Of a stretch of DNA of 64,000 nucleotides, positions 1 to 19,977 are shown one piece after another. Within the stretch, counting starts at the first letter, position 1, and the number at the start of each line of letters is the position of its first letter. The stretch is taken from contig CP144856.1 of NCBI GenBank assembly GCA_036689555.1, forward strand, positions 234,804 through 298,803, written 5' to 3'. The translations under genes were made by a program, and so were the position numbers. The notes under the pieces are model-generated. The model was given only the letters and a program-made list of their open reading frames with translations. It did no database searches and had not been told where the DNA came from. This DNA is from Candidatus Stammera capleta. Lineage in GTDB: Bacteria > Pseudomonadota > Gammaproteobacteria > Enterobacterales > Enterobacteriaceae.

Positions 1-180
1 TTAAGTAAAAAAATTAAAAAAATTAAAGAATTTATTAATCTTAAAAAAAAAAAAAATATTAAAATAAGTAAATTAAAATATACATCAATAATTACTTATT
101 TAAGTAATAAAAATAATTTAAAACAAATTAAAATACTTTATAATATAATAAAAGATATTAATAACTCAGTAACTTTTTAA
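1..180 (+). CDS. 3' end of an unidentified CDS entering from upstream of the window
   Basis: Frame +1 is open from base 1 to TAA 178-180 (59 sense codons), which is unusual in DNA this AT-rich. The Lys/Ile/Asn-rich tail has no motif I recognise. It would overlap the gltX 3' end convergently by about 23 nt. Confidence 0.25.
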   Translation, partial: LSKKIKKIKEFINLKKKKNIKISKLKYTSIITYLSNKNNLKQIKILYNIIKDINNSVTF

Positions 181-1564
181 TAGAATAATTTATTCTAAAT
201 TTAACTTTATTTTTTTTTAATAAAAAAATTATTATAGATATATTTGGAGTAATCATTCTTCCAGTTAGAAAAAATCTTAAAGATTCATAAATTTTTTTTT
301 TATCTAAAAAATAAAATTTTTTAAACAATTTTAAAATAATTTTATTTATATTACTTATATTTCATAAAGAGACCGCAATTATTTTTTTCTTTAAAAAAAT
401 TAATACTTTAACAAAAATATTTTTATTAAATTTCAATAAATAATTTTTATTTAATATAAAATAATTATTATCAAATATTAAACAAAAATCAGATATATCC
501 CTTAATAAATAACTTCTATAACATATATAAGATATTATTTCAGGAAAATTATTTACATTAGATATATTTATATTATTAAATATAAAAAAATTTTTTAAAT
601 AAAAATATATTTTATTATACGATAATTTAGAAATATAATATTTATTAATTCAAAGTAATTTTTTAAAATTCAATATACATGAAGATTTTTTTATACTATT
701 TAAATCAAATAAATATTTCATTTCATGAATATGAAATATCTCATTATTTTTATAAGATCATCCTAAACGTAATAAAGAATTTAATATTGCTTCAGGTAAA
801 AAACCATATTTTAAATATTTTCTGATATCAGAAGATAAATTTCTTTTAGATAATTTTTTACCTTTTTCATTTAATATTATAGGTAAATGAACATAATTAG
901 GAATATTAAAATTTAAACATTTCATTAAATTAATTTGTTTTGGAGTATTACTAATATGATCTTCTCCTCTAATTATATGAGTAACATTCATATAATAATC
1001 ATCTACAACAACACAAAAATTATATGTTGGTAAACCATTAGATCTTAAAATAACAAAATCATTTAATTCATCATTATTAAATTTAATTTTATTAAAAACT
1101 AAATCTTTAAATAAAACACTACCATTTAATGGACTTTTAAATCTTACAACATAAGATTTATTTTTTATATTTAAATTTCTATCTCTACAATAATTGTCAT
1201 AACGTGGTTTTATATTATTCAATAAACAATCTTTAATTATTTTTTGTAATCTTTTAGTATTACAATAACATTTATATGCTAAACCTTTATTTAACATATC
1301 TAATATAATTTCTTTATATAAATTTATTCTATCAGATTGATAGATAGGTCTATCATCTCAATATAAACCTAACCATTCTAAAATATAAAAAATATAATCT
1401 ATATATTTTTTATTACTTCTTTTAAAATCAGTATCTTCTATTCTCAAAAAAAATTTACCATTATGTTTTCTAGCATATAATCAAGAATATAAAGCAGCAC
1501 GAATATTACCTATATGTAAATAACCAGTTGGACTAGGAGCAAATCTAGTAATAATATTATTCAT
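158..1564 (-). CDS. gltX: glutamyl-tRNA synthetase
   Basis: ATG at 1564. N-terminus [28 protein letters not shown](TGA 1481-1483)[18 protein letters not shown] is the GltX HIGH region. I traced the frame codon by codon through several in-frame TGA to TAA 158-160. 468 aa versus about 471 in E. coli. Confidence 0.95.
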
Positions 1565-1656
1565 AATTAACATATAACTTTAAATAAATTTAAATATGAT
1601 ATTTTAATTATATAATTATATAATAATATTATTAATAATTTAATAAATTTATTTAA

Positions 1657-3444
1657 ATGCAAAAATATATAAGAAATTTTTCTATTATTGCACATATAGA
1701 TCATGGTAAATCTACCTTATCAGATAGAATAATAGAAATATGTACAGGTAAAAAAATTAAAAAAGATCAACAAAGAATATTAGATTCAATGGAACTAGAA
1801 AAAGAAAAAGGTATAACTATAAAATCACAAAGTGTTAAATTAACATACAAATATAAAAATAATATTTATACATTTAACTTAATAGATACACCTGGACATA
1901 CAGATTTTACATTTGAAGTATCTAGATCTTTATATATATGTGAAGGAGCATTATTAATTATAGATGCTACTCAAGGTATACAAGCTCAAACAATAGCAAA
2001 TTATAATATTGCTAAAAAATTAAATATTAAAATAATACCAATAATTAATAAAATAGATTTAGTAAATAAAAATATTGAAAAAATTAAAAATCAGATAAAA
2101 AATTTATTAAATATAAAATCAAAAAAAATAATTTTATGTTCAGCAAAAAAAAATATAGGTATTAATAAAATTATCCATAATATAATTAAAAAAATACCTT
2201 TTCCTAAAGGAAATAAAAATTATCCATTACAAGCATTAATTATAGATTCATATTTTAATAATTATTTAGGAGCATTTTATTTAATTAAAATTCAAAATGG
2301 ATATTTAAGAAAAAATGAAAAAATTAAATTAATTAACCAAAATAAAAAATATAAAATAGAAAATATATATATTAATATACCAGAAAAAAAAAACTGTGAA
2401 AAATTAAAATGTGGTGAAGTAGGTTGAATATCTTGCAATATAAAAAAAATTAATTATATTAAAATAGGAGATACAATTACAAAATATAATAATCCTTCTA
2501 AAAAAATATTAACAAAATTTAAAAATATTAATCCTAAAATATATGCTGGATTATATCCAAATGAAAATAAAAATTTTATAAAATTTAAAAAATCATTAGA
2601 AAAATTAAGTTTAAATGATTCATCTTTAAAATTTAAACAAGAAAATTCATCTATATTTGGATTTGGATTTAGATGTGGTTTTTTAGGTAAACTACACTTA
2701 GAAATTATCAAAGAAAGATTAGAAAGAGAATATAATTTAAATATTATAATAACATTACCTACAGTAAATTATCAAATAATAAATAAAAAAAAAAAAAAAA
2801 TTTATATAAATAATCCAATACATTTACCTAAAAAAAATGAAATAAATAAAATTAAAGAACCTATATCTAAATGTCATATTATCAGTCCTATAAAATATTT
2901 AGGTAAAATAATTCAATTATGTATAAATAAAAGAGGTGTACAAAAAAAAATATCTTTTATTAACAAAAATGTTTCTTTAATATTTAATATTCCAACATCA
3001 GAAATAATAACTAATTTTAGTAATAAACTAAAATCTATATCTAAAGGATATGCATCATTTGAATATTCGTTTAAAAAATATAAAGAATCTGATATAGTTT
3101 TATCTGAAATAATGATAAATAAAAATAAAATAGATAGTTTTTCTATATTAATTCACAGAAATAATATTTTAAAATATAGTAAAAAAATTGTAGAAATTAT
3201 TAAAAATAATATACAAAAAAAACAATATGAAATTAATATACAAGCTCTGTGTAATAATAAAATAATAACAAAATGTAGTCTAAAAGCATTAAGAAAAAAT
3301 GTTACCTCTAAATGTTATGGAGGAGACATTTCAAGAAAAAAAAAATTACTTCAAAAACAAAAAGAAGGTAAAAAAAGAATGAAAAAAATAGGTAATGTTT
3401 ATATATCACAAAAAATATTTTTAAAAATTTTTAAAATAATATAA
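1657..3444 (+). CDS. lepA: elongation factor 4 (LepA)
   Basis: GTPase motifs AHIDHGKST, DTPGH, NKID. ORFs 1657-2427 and 3112-3444 are in the same frame, joined across TGA 2425-2427. 595 aa versus about 599 in E. coli. lepA-lepB-rnc-era order as in E. coli. Confidence 0.95.
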
Positions 3445-3448
3445 AAAA

Positions 3449-4333
3449 ATGATTATACTTAACATAATATTATTTATATTAATAATTTTAATTACAATAT
3501 TATATTTAATTAAAAAAAAAAGTAATAAAATAAATAATATTAATTTTATTAATAAATTAATAGATCTATTACCTACATTAATATTTACATTTATACTTAG
3601 ATCATTTATTATTGAACCATTTCAAATACCTTCAGCATCTATGATGCCAACATTATTAATAGGAGATTTAATATTAGTAAATAAATTATCATATAATATA
3701 AAAAATCCTCTAAATAATAAAACTATTATTAATATAGGTAAACCAAAATATGGAGATGTAGTAGTTTTTCAATATCCTAAAAATAAAAAAATAAATTATA
3801 TTAAAAGAATAATTGGTTTACCTAAAGATAAAATAATATATAATGAAAAAAAAAAAATTATTAAAATATATAAATGAAATAACATTAAAAAAAAATATAT
3901 TAATACTAACATAGTTATATATAAAAATAAAAAAAAAAGTTTTTATATAGAAGAAATAAATTTTTCTAATAATAAAATAAAAGAATATTTTTGAAATTAT
4001 TATAAAAAAAAAAACATTAATAAAAAATCAGAAATATTTTTTTTAATAGAAAAAACAGAAAATATTAAAAATAATAAACATAAAATTTTATTATTATCTA
4101 AAAATAATAATTTATCACCAAATAAACAAAAAATTAAATCATGAATAATACCTCAAAATATGTATTTTGTTATGGGAGATTATAGAGATAATAGTGAAGA
4201 TAGTAGATATTGAGGATTTGTACATCAAAATTTAATTATAGGAAAAGCTAAATATATATGAATGAGTTTTAAAAAACAACAATATTATTGACCAACAGGT
4301 ATTAGATTGAAAAGAATAGGTAAAATTATTTAA
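3449..4333 (+). CDS. lepB: signal peptidase I
   Basis: N-terminal TM segment, catalytic-Ser box IPSASMMPTL and box GDYRDNSEDSRYW(TGA)GFV, all in the frame of ATG 3449. Several in-frame TGA. TAA 4331-4333. Confidence 0.92.
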
Positions 4334-4343
4334 ATAAAATATA

Positions 4344-5033
4344 ATGAAAATTTTTTACTTAGAAAAAAAAATTAAATATAAATTTATAAATAAAAAAATA
4401 CTTTTTTTATCACTTACACATCGTAGTTACAGTAATATACATAATGAAAGATTAGAATTTTTAGGAGATTCAATATTAAATTTTATAATTACTAAAAAAA
4501 TATATCACCAATTTTCAAATAAAAAAGAAGGTTTTATGACTAGAATAAGAGCTAATTTAGTAAATAAAAATAATTTATGTAAAATAGCTCAAAAAATAAA
4601 ATTAAATAAATATATTTTACTAGGACAAGGAGAAATAAAAATGTTAGGACAATATAAAATATCTATATTAGCTAATACTTTAGAAGCTATAATAGGAGGT
4701 ATATTTATAGACAGTAAAAATATTAAAATAGTAGAAAAAATTATAAAAAAATTGTTTTTTAATTATAAAAATAATGAAAAAATATTAAATATAAAAAATA
4801 ATCATAAAGATTATAAAACTATTTTACAAGAATATTTACAAAAAATTAAATTACCTTTACCTAAATATTATATATCAGAAAAAAAAGGTAAAGAACATAA
4901 ACAAATATTTGTAGTTAAATGTAAAACAAAAATAATAAATAAAATTACTAAAGGTATAGGTTATAGTAAAAAAGAAGCAGAACAAAAATCTGCTAAACAA
5001 ACTTTAATTAAAATAGGATTAATTAAAAAATAA
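4344..5033 (+). CDS. rnc: ribonuclease III
   Basis: Single ORF of 229 aa. RNase III signature ERLEFLGDSILNF. C-terminal dsRBD-like KEAEQKSAKQTL. Confidence 0.95.
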   Translation: MKIFYLEKKIKYKFINKKILFLSLTHRSYSNIHNERLEFLGDSILNFIITKKIYHQFSNKKEGFMTRIRANLVNKNNLCKIAQKIKLNKYILLGQGEIKMLGQYKISILANTLEAIIGGIFIDSKNIKIVEKIIKKLFFNYKNNEKILNIKNNHKDYKTILQEYLQKIKLPLPKYYISEKKGKEHKQIFVVKCKTKIINKITKGIGYSKKEAEQKSAKQTLIKIGLIKK

Positions 5034-5902
5034 TGCTAAAAAATAATAAAGTTAAAAAAATATGTGTTACTTTAATAGTAGGTAAACCTAATGTAGGTAA
5101 ATCAACTTTATTTAATAAATTAATAAATAAAAAAATTTCTATTACATCCAAAAAAAAATATACTACTCAAAAAAATATTTTAGGAATAAACCATGAAAAT
5201 AAAAATCAATATATATATATAGATACACCAGGATTTAAATTTATAAAAGACATAAAAAAACATATCAATAATACATTAAATATTTTAAAGGAAAATAAAA
5301 TTAATAAAAAAATAAACTTAATTTTATTAATAATTAAAATAGAAAAATTTTTTGAAGAATTAAGAATAATTAATATAATTAATTTATATAAAATACCTTA
5401 TATAATAATAATAAACAAAATAGATAAATTAAAAAATAAAAACATATTATTACCTTATATTAATAAAATTAAATCATATATTAAAACAAATATAATAATA
5501 CCTATATCTGCAAAAAAAAAAAAAAATATTTTATTAATAAAAAAAGTAATTAATAAATATTTAATTAAGTCAAATTTATATTTAAATAAAAACATCCAAA
5601 ATATATATAAAAAAAAAGATATATTTAAAGAAATAATTAGAGAAAAAATATTCAGACTTACTGGAGACGAAATACCATATTTAATAAAATTTAAAATTAA
5701 AAATATGTTAGAAAAAAAAAAATATTTTTATATAGAAAGTATAATATATGTTAATAAAAAACAACATATTCCTATATTAATAGGAAAATTTGGAAAAAAA
5801 ATTAAAAAAATAATATATTTATCTAAAAATAGTATAGAAAAATATTTAAATTTTAAAAAAAAAATTATTTTATATATAAATATAAAAAAATATAAATGAT
5901 AA
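5033..5902 (+). CDS. era: GTPase Era
   Basis: P-loop GKPNVGKSTLFNKL, DTPG, NKID. ATG overlaps the rnc stop (TAATG). The track ORF stops at TGA 5897-5899, but the next codon is TAA 5900-5902, which is the real stop. Confidence 0.9.
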
Positions 5903-6549
5903 ACTGAAAAAAAATTTTTAAAAAAGAAAAAAAAAAAAAATATTTTATAAATATAATTAATTTTTTAAAAAAAGAATATAAAAAAAAAAAAATAATTTAT
6001 CCTGATAAAAAAAATATTTTTCAAATATTTAAATTAATAAAATTTAACAAAATTAAAGTAGTAATATTGGGTCAAGATCCATATTTAAATAAAAATCAAG
6101 CACATGGATTAGCCTTTTCAATATTACCTAATAATAAATTACCTAAATCTATTATAAATATATATAAAGAACTAAAATATGAATTTAAAAATTTTAAAAC
6201 ACCTAAAAATGGATATTTAATAAATTGAGTAAAACAAGGTGTTTTTTTATTTAATACAATACTCACAGTAGAAGAAAAAAAATCATGTTCTCATAAAAAT
6301 ATAGGGTGAGAAATTTTTTCAAGTAATATTATTAAATATATAAATATTTATTTAAAAAATATAGTTTTTATATTATGAGGTAAATATGCACAAAAAAAAA
6401 AACATATCATTAATAATAAAAAACATTTAATATTAACATCATCACATCCTTCACCATTATCAGCCAAAAAAGGTTTTTTTGGATGTAATCATTTTAAAAA
6501 AACAAATATTTATTTAAAAAAAAATAATAAAACACCTATTATATGATAA
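5896..6549 (+). CDS. ung: uracil-DNA glycosylase
   Basis: Not in the ORF track because of in-frame TGA. Motifs [26 protein letters not shown]...GFFGCNHF. Tracing the frame back reaches ATG 5896 (MINW...), overlapping the era end by 7 nt. Ends TGA-TAA at 6544-6549. Confidence 0.88.
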
Positions 6550-6552
6550 TAA

Positions 6553-7542
6553 TTAAATATCAAAAAATAATTTTTTAATAAAAAACATATTCTTTCTAGC
6601 TTCTTTTTTAGCTTTTATTTTACCTTCTAATAAAATTTTTTTTAAGAAATTTTTTTTTTTACGAAAAAAAAAAAATTTTTCCTGTAATAAATTTAAAAAA
6701 TTTACTAATTTATTAATAACTATTTTTTTAAAATCTTTATATGAATAACTAATAAATTTTTTTTCTAATTCTAAAATAGATATATTACTAATATTAGATA
6801 AAATATTTAATAAATTAGATATTCCAGGTTTATTTATTATATCAAAAATAATTTTTGGAGGTATATCGTTATCAGTAAAAGCATGATTAATTTTAAAAGA
6901 AATTAAATTAGGATCATCTAATAAATAAATAACATTATATTTATTATTATCAGATTTAGACATTTTTTTATAAGGATTTAATAAAGACATAACTTTAGAA
7001 CAAGAAGAAAGAATATATTCAGGTGAATAAAATATTTGATTATTTAATAATTTATTAATTCTTTTAACAATATTACATGTAAATTCTAAATGTTGAATTT
7101 GATCTTGACCAATAACTACATAATTAGAATTATATAATAATATATCAGCAGCCATTAAAATAGGATAAGTAAATAAACCACAATTAATAAATTTATCATT
7201 TTTAATTTTCGATTTTTCTTTAAATTGTGTCATACGTTTTAATTCACCTATATAAGAACAACAACTTAATAATCAATATAATTGAGTATGTTCATAAATA
7301 TGTGATTGTAAAAAAATAACATTTCTTTTATAATCTATATTTAAAGCTAATAATATTGATAATATATCTCATATATATTTTTTTTTTTCTTTAAAATTAT
7401 CAGTATAAGAATGTAAATCTGCTATACAATAAAAACAATTATATTTTTTTTGGATTAAAAATCATTTTTTTAAAACACCTATATAATGACCTATAGTAAT
7501 ACCACCATTAGGTTGAATAGCACTAAAAACTTTTTTTTTCAT
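6553..7542 (-). CDS. trpS: tryptophanyl-tRNA synthetase
   Basis: ATG 7542. [27 protein letters not shown](TGA). KMSKS present (YKKMSKSD). In frame with ORF 6553-7233. 329 aa versus about 334 in E. coli. Confidence 0.94.
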
Positions 7543-7556
7543 AACTATAAAACCTA

Positions 7557-11771
<4,215 letters not shown>

Positions 11772-11820
11772 AATAATAATAACCTTTAAAATATAAAATA
11801 ATTAAATTAATTATTTAAAA

Positions 11821-15852
<4,032 letters not shown>

Positions 15853-15887
15853 ACTATCTTATATAATTTTTAAAATAACTAATAAAT

Positions 15888-16262
15888 TTATTTAACATCT
15901 ACAATTGCTCCAACATCTTCTAAAGATTTTTTTAAAATATTTAAATTCTTTTTATCCATTTTATCTTTAATAAGAACTGGAGAAGATTCAATTAAATCCT
16001 TTGCTTCTTTTAAACCTAAATTTAAAAAATTACGAACTATCTTAATTACTGCTATTTTATTATTACCTACTGAATTTAAAAATAAATCAAATTCATTTTT
16101 ATCTTCTTTTACTTTAGTATTATCACTACCTTTAGAAGAATTAAACTTATAATCATTAACATTAATACTAAATTTTTTTTCTATAGCATCTATTAACTCA
16201 ACTAAATCAATTAATGACATAGAACATATTTGTTCTAAAATTTTATCTTTATTAATACTCAT
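15888..16262 (-). CDS. rplL: 50S ribosomal protein L7/L12
   Basis: Single ORF of 124 aa. Conserved C-terminal domain (...VRNFLNLGLKEAKDLIESSPVLIK...). Position between rplJ and rpoB. Confidence 0.92.
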   Translation of the reverse strand: MSINKDKILEQICSMSLIDLVELIDAIEKKFSINVNDYKFNSSKGSDNTKVKEDKNEFDLFLNSVGNNKIAVIKIVRNFLNLGLKEAKDLIESSPVLIKDKMDKKNLNILKKSLEDVGAIVDVK

Positions 16263-16287
16263 ATATAACCTAAAATTTAATAATTAA

Positions 16288-16776
16288 TTAAAATTTAACA
16301 TTTTTTAAAAATAATAAAACACGTAATAATCTAAATATAAAAATTTCTTTAAAAATAAAAATTAAATATATTAAACATTTTTTAACAGAAGATAAAAAAG
16401 ATAATTTATAATTTAAATCTAAAGAAACATTTTTTTTATCTATAGATATAGATTTTAAAACTAAATTATCTTTATATTTTTCTAAATATTTAATTAAAAT
16501 TTTTGATAAAGTACTATAATTTTTTGTAGAAAAACATAAAATAATAGGACCATATAAATAATTATTTAAATAACTTAAACTAGATTTACATAAAAAAACT
16601 TTTAATAAACTATTACGTATAACTACCAAATGTGAACCACTATTTTTTACATCACTTCGAAATAAATTTAATTCATTTGCAGATAAATTACTAAAATTTA
16701 ATACCATTATAGATAAAGATTTATCTAATTTTTTTTTTATTTTATATATAAATTTTTTCTTACATAATTTAACCAT
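16288..16776 (-). CDS. rplJ: 50S ribosomal protein L10
   Basis: Single ORF of 162 aa. L10-like core (...VVIRNSLLK...GPIILCFS...). Position rplA-rplJ-rplL. Confidence 0.85.
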   Translation of the reverse strand: MVKLCKKKFIYKIKKKLDKSLSIMVLNFSNLSANELNLFRSDVKNSGSHLVVIRNSLLKVFLCKSSLSYLNNYLYGPIILCFSTKNYSTLSKILIKYLEKYKDNLVLKSISIDKKNVSLDLNYKLSFLSSVKKCLIYLIFIFKEIFIFRLLRVLLFLKNVKF

Positions 16777-16818
16777 TTATAAAAATTCCTCATAAAATAA
16801 TAATAATCTATATTGAGA

Positions 16819-17481
16819 TTAAGTAGTATTAAATTTAACTAAAAAACTTTTTCCCATAGTACTAGAAACATAAATATTTTTTAAAAAAATACTACCTTTA
16901 AAATTATTAGGTTTATTAAATTCTACTGAATTAACAAAACAAATAAAATTATCTAATAATTGATCATTAGTAAAATTAATTTTACCTATTATGCTATGTA
17001 TAATACCAAATCTATCATTCTTATAAGTTATTTGACCTTTAGTAAAATTTAAAATAGTTTTCTCCAAATCATTTGTAATAGTACCTAACTTTAAATTAGG
17101 CATTAACCCTTTAGGACCTAATATTGGACCTAAATTACTTACTAAATTAACAGCTTCTAAACTAGATATAACAACATCATATTCAATAAGATTATTTTTT
17201 ACTTTATCAAATAAGTCATCCATACCTACTAAAAAAGCACCAGAAGAATAAGCAATACTTTCTTTAGATTTAGGAGTAAAAACTATTATTTTTTTTTTTT
17301 TACCAAAATTATGAGGTAACAAAACATTACCTTTAATATTCTGAGTTACATCTTTAGTATCTATAGATAAATTAATTGCTATATCTATAGATTCTATAAA
17401 ATTAATTTTAGATTTATTCTTAATAAAATTAAATATTTTAATTAAATTATCTTTATTAAAATGTAATTGATTAATATTCAT
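16819..17481 (-). CDS. rplA: 50S ribosomal protein L1
   Basis: Single ORF of 220 aa. FIESIDIAINLSID...NIKGNVLLPHNFGKKKKIIVFT matches the L1 core. Confidence 0.9.
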   Translation of the reverse strand: MNINQLHFNKDNLIKIFNFIKNKSKINFIESIDIAINLSIDTKDVTQNIKGNVLLPHNFGKKKKIIVFTPKSKESIAYSSGAFLVGMDDLFDKVKNNLIEYDVVISSLEAVNLVSNLGPILGPKGLMPNLKLGTITNDLEKTILNFTKGQITYKNDRFGIIHSIIGKINFTNDQLLDNFICFVNSVEFNKPNNFKGSIFLKNIYVSSTMGKSFLVKFNTT

Positions 17482-17494
17482 ATAAAAACCTTAA

Positions 17495-17923
17495 CTAATC
17501 TTTTATTAAAATACCCATAGAACGAGCCGTACCAATTACAGAATTAGATATTGATTTTAAACTACAACCATATAAATCAGAAAATTTTATTTTAGCTATA
17601 TTTAATACAGATTTTTTAGTAATATAACCAATAATATCATGTCCAGGTTTTTTAGAACCAGAACTTAAAGAAACTTCCTTTTTAATAAGATAAGAAACAG
17701 GAGGACTTTTAGTAATAAAACTAAAACTACGATCAGAATAAACTGATATTATTACAGGTATTGGAATACCTTTACTTAAAGAACTAGTTTTCTTATTAAA
17801 TAATTTACAAAAATTCATAATATTAATACCTTTTTGTCCTAAAATAGGACCTACAGGAGGACTAGGATTAGCCATACCAGATAAAACTTGTAATTTAATA
17901 TAAAATTGTACTTTTTTAAACAT
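17495..17923 (-). CDS. rplK: 50S ribosomal protein L11
   Basis: MFKKVQFYIKLQVLSGMANPSPPVGPILGQKGINIM matches the L11 N-terminus. I place the start at the internal ATG 17923 (142 aa, same as E. coli), not at the track ORF start 17968, which would overlap nusG. Confidence 0.93.
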   Translation of the reverse strand: MFKKVQFYIKLQVLSGMANPSPPVGPILGQKGINIMNFCKLFNKKTSSLSKGIPIPVIISVYSDRSFSFITKSPPVSYLIKKEVSLSSGSKKPGHDIIGYITKKSVLNIAKIKFSDLYGCSLKSISNSVIGTARSMGILIKD

Positions 17924-17951
17924 TTTATTTTTTTTTAAAAAAATTTTAAAT

Positions 17952-18506
17952 TTAATTATTTTTTTCAACTTGAGAAAAATCTAATTCTACAGGAGTAGAT
18001 CTTCCAAAAATTAGAACAGAAACTTTTAAACGATTTTTATCATAATCAACCTCTTCTACGGTACCATTAAAATCAGAAAAAGGACCACTATTAACTCTAA
18101 CTAATTCACCATATTCAAACAAAACTTTAGGTCTAGGTTTACCATTTTTAATTTTACTCAATTTATTTTTAATAATTTTAATTTCTTTATTACTAATAGG
18201 ACAAGGATTACCTAAATTACCTCCTATAAAACCTATAATTTTTGGAACTTTACGAATTATATATCAATTCCTATCATTCATAACCATATTAATTAAAAAA
18301 TATCCTGGATAAAATTTACGTTCACTTTTTTTACGAATACCATTTTTAATTTCTATAACCTGTTCAGTAGGAATTAGAATATCTCCAAAATCATCTTTTA
18401 CACCATATAATTTAATATAATCTTTTAATGATTTTATAGCTTTTTTTTCAAAACTAGAAAAAACTTGTATCACATACCAATTTTTTTTTTTTTTATTATC
18501 TAACAT
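17952..18506 (-). CDS. nusG: transcription antitermination factor NusG
   Basis: ORFs 18264-18506 and 17952-18161 are in one frame across TGA codons. NW(TGG)[13 protein letters not shown]-terminus and KOW region [22 protein letters not shown]. 184 aa. Confidence 0.92.
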
Positions 18507-18872
18507 TTAGATAAACCTCAAATTAAGAATAATAGAAATTATATATAATAAAAAATTATCTAATATTCATACTATAATAGAAATTAAAACACTTAAAAAA
18601 GTAACTATTAAAACAGTTTTAATAACTTCATACTTTGAAGGTCAATAAATTTTAGAAATTTCTATTTTAGATTTTATAAAATATAAAAAAATTTTTCTTC
18701 CTAGATAAGTTAATTTAAATAAATAAAAACATAAAAAAGAAAAAAATATATTTAATATACAAAGAAACAAAAGAAAAAAATTATAAAAAACAAAATTATT
18801 TATATATATCAAAATAACTACTAATAATATAAAAAAATAATTTCTTTTAGAAGTAAATAAATTAATATTCAT
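18507..18872 (-). CDS. secE: preprotein translocase subunit SecE
   Basis: Hydrophobic 121-aa product traced through TGA 18642-18644 and 18567-18569 to TAA 18507-18509, directly abutting the nusG ATG. secE-nusG order as in E. coli. Sequence similarity itself is weak. Confidence 0.7.
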
Positions 18873-18950
18873 TAATATCTAAAGTTAAATGTTTAAAATA
18901 CTAATTTAGTATTTTAATAAATTAAATTTTAAAAAATTCTTTTTTTTTTA

Positions 18951-19977
18951 CTAAGGAAAAAAAATCAATAATTTTAATTTCAAGCTCCAAAAAAATATTA
19001 AATTTTATAAATATTTTTTTCCTAACATATAAAATTAAAGAATAAATATGTTTAGGTAAAGCATTACCTAAATTAACAATAATTAAAGGTTGTTTATCAT
19101 AAATTTTAGCTCATCCAATAGTATAACCTTTTAAACCACATATATCAATCAATAAAGCTGCAGATACTTTAATTTTATTTTTATTAATACTAAAATTAGT
19201 ATCATCAAAAAAAGGAAAATAAATATTTTTAATATAATTATAATAAAAAATATCAATTATAGGATTTTTAAATATGCTACCAGCATTACCTAATGTTTTT
19301 GTTTTAGGTAATTTATTATTTCTAAAATCTAAAATTTTGAAATAAATATCTTCTATATTTATAGAAGGATTTAAAGGATCAAAAAAATTTAATAAATCTT
19401 TATAAATTAAACAAGGTTTTCATTCTTTTTTAATAATTAAACCAACTTTTATAATTATAAAACGATTATTAATTAAATTTTTTAAAATACTATTTCTATA
19501 AGAAAAATATAAATCTTTTTTTTTTAAAAAAAAAAAATTACCTGTATAAGAATCTAGTATTTTAACATAATAAAAAAATTTTTTTACTTCTAAACCATAA
19601 GCACCTATATTATTTACTACTGCTCCACCTACAGTACCAGGAATAAAAGATAAATTTTCTAAACCATAAATACCATTATAAATAGAAAAATTAACTAAAT
19701 CGGATCATAACTCACCAGAATAAATATTTAAATATCAAAAATCAATATTTTGTTTAATTTTAATACCTTTTATTCTATTAATTATAATACTTCCATAAAA
19801 ATTATTTAAAAAAAGTATATTACTACCACAACCTAAAATTAAAGTATATATTTTTTTTTTAAAATTTATAAAAGTAATTTTTTTTAAATCAGATAAATTA
19901 TCAACTATATAAATAGTATTAGATTTAACACTTAAGTTAAAAGTATTAAAATTTTTTAAAGAATTTAAATTACTCAT
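18951..19977 (-). CDS. murB: UDP-N-acetylenolpyruvoylglucosamine reductase MurB, reading frame broken at an A7 tract near the 3' end
   Basis: MSNLNS...LGCGSNILF, IPGTVGGAVVNNIGAYG, GNAGSIFKNP. The ATG frame runs to ...LILYVR and then hits TAA 18997-18999 after 7 more codons. The conserved MurB C-terminus (KFNIFLELEIKII) is in the adjacent frame, ending TAG 18951-18953. See findings. Confidence 0.85.

Noticed and set aside
2454-2711. Minus-strand ORF of 85 aa inside lepA.
   Set aside because: It is antisense to the conserved lepA frame (…GFGFRCGFLGKLHLEII…), so it is a shadow ORF.
17924-17968. N-terminal extensions of the track ORFs for rplK (to 17968), rpsU (to 38973) and rpoD (to 36997).
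   Set aside because: Internal ATGs reproduce the exact conserved N-termini (MFKKVQFY..., [12 protein letters not shown]..., [12 protein letters not shown]...). The extensions are low-complexity and would overlap the upstream genes.
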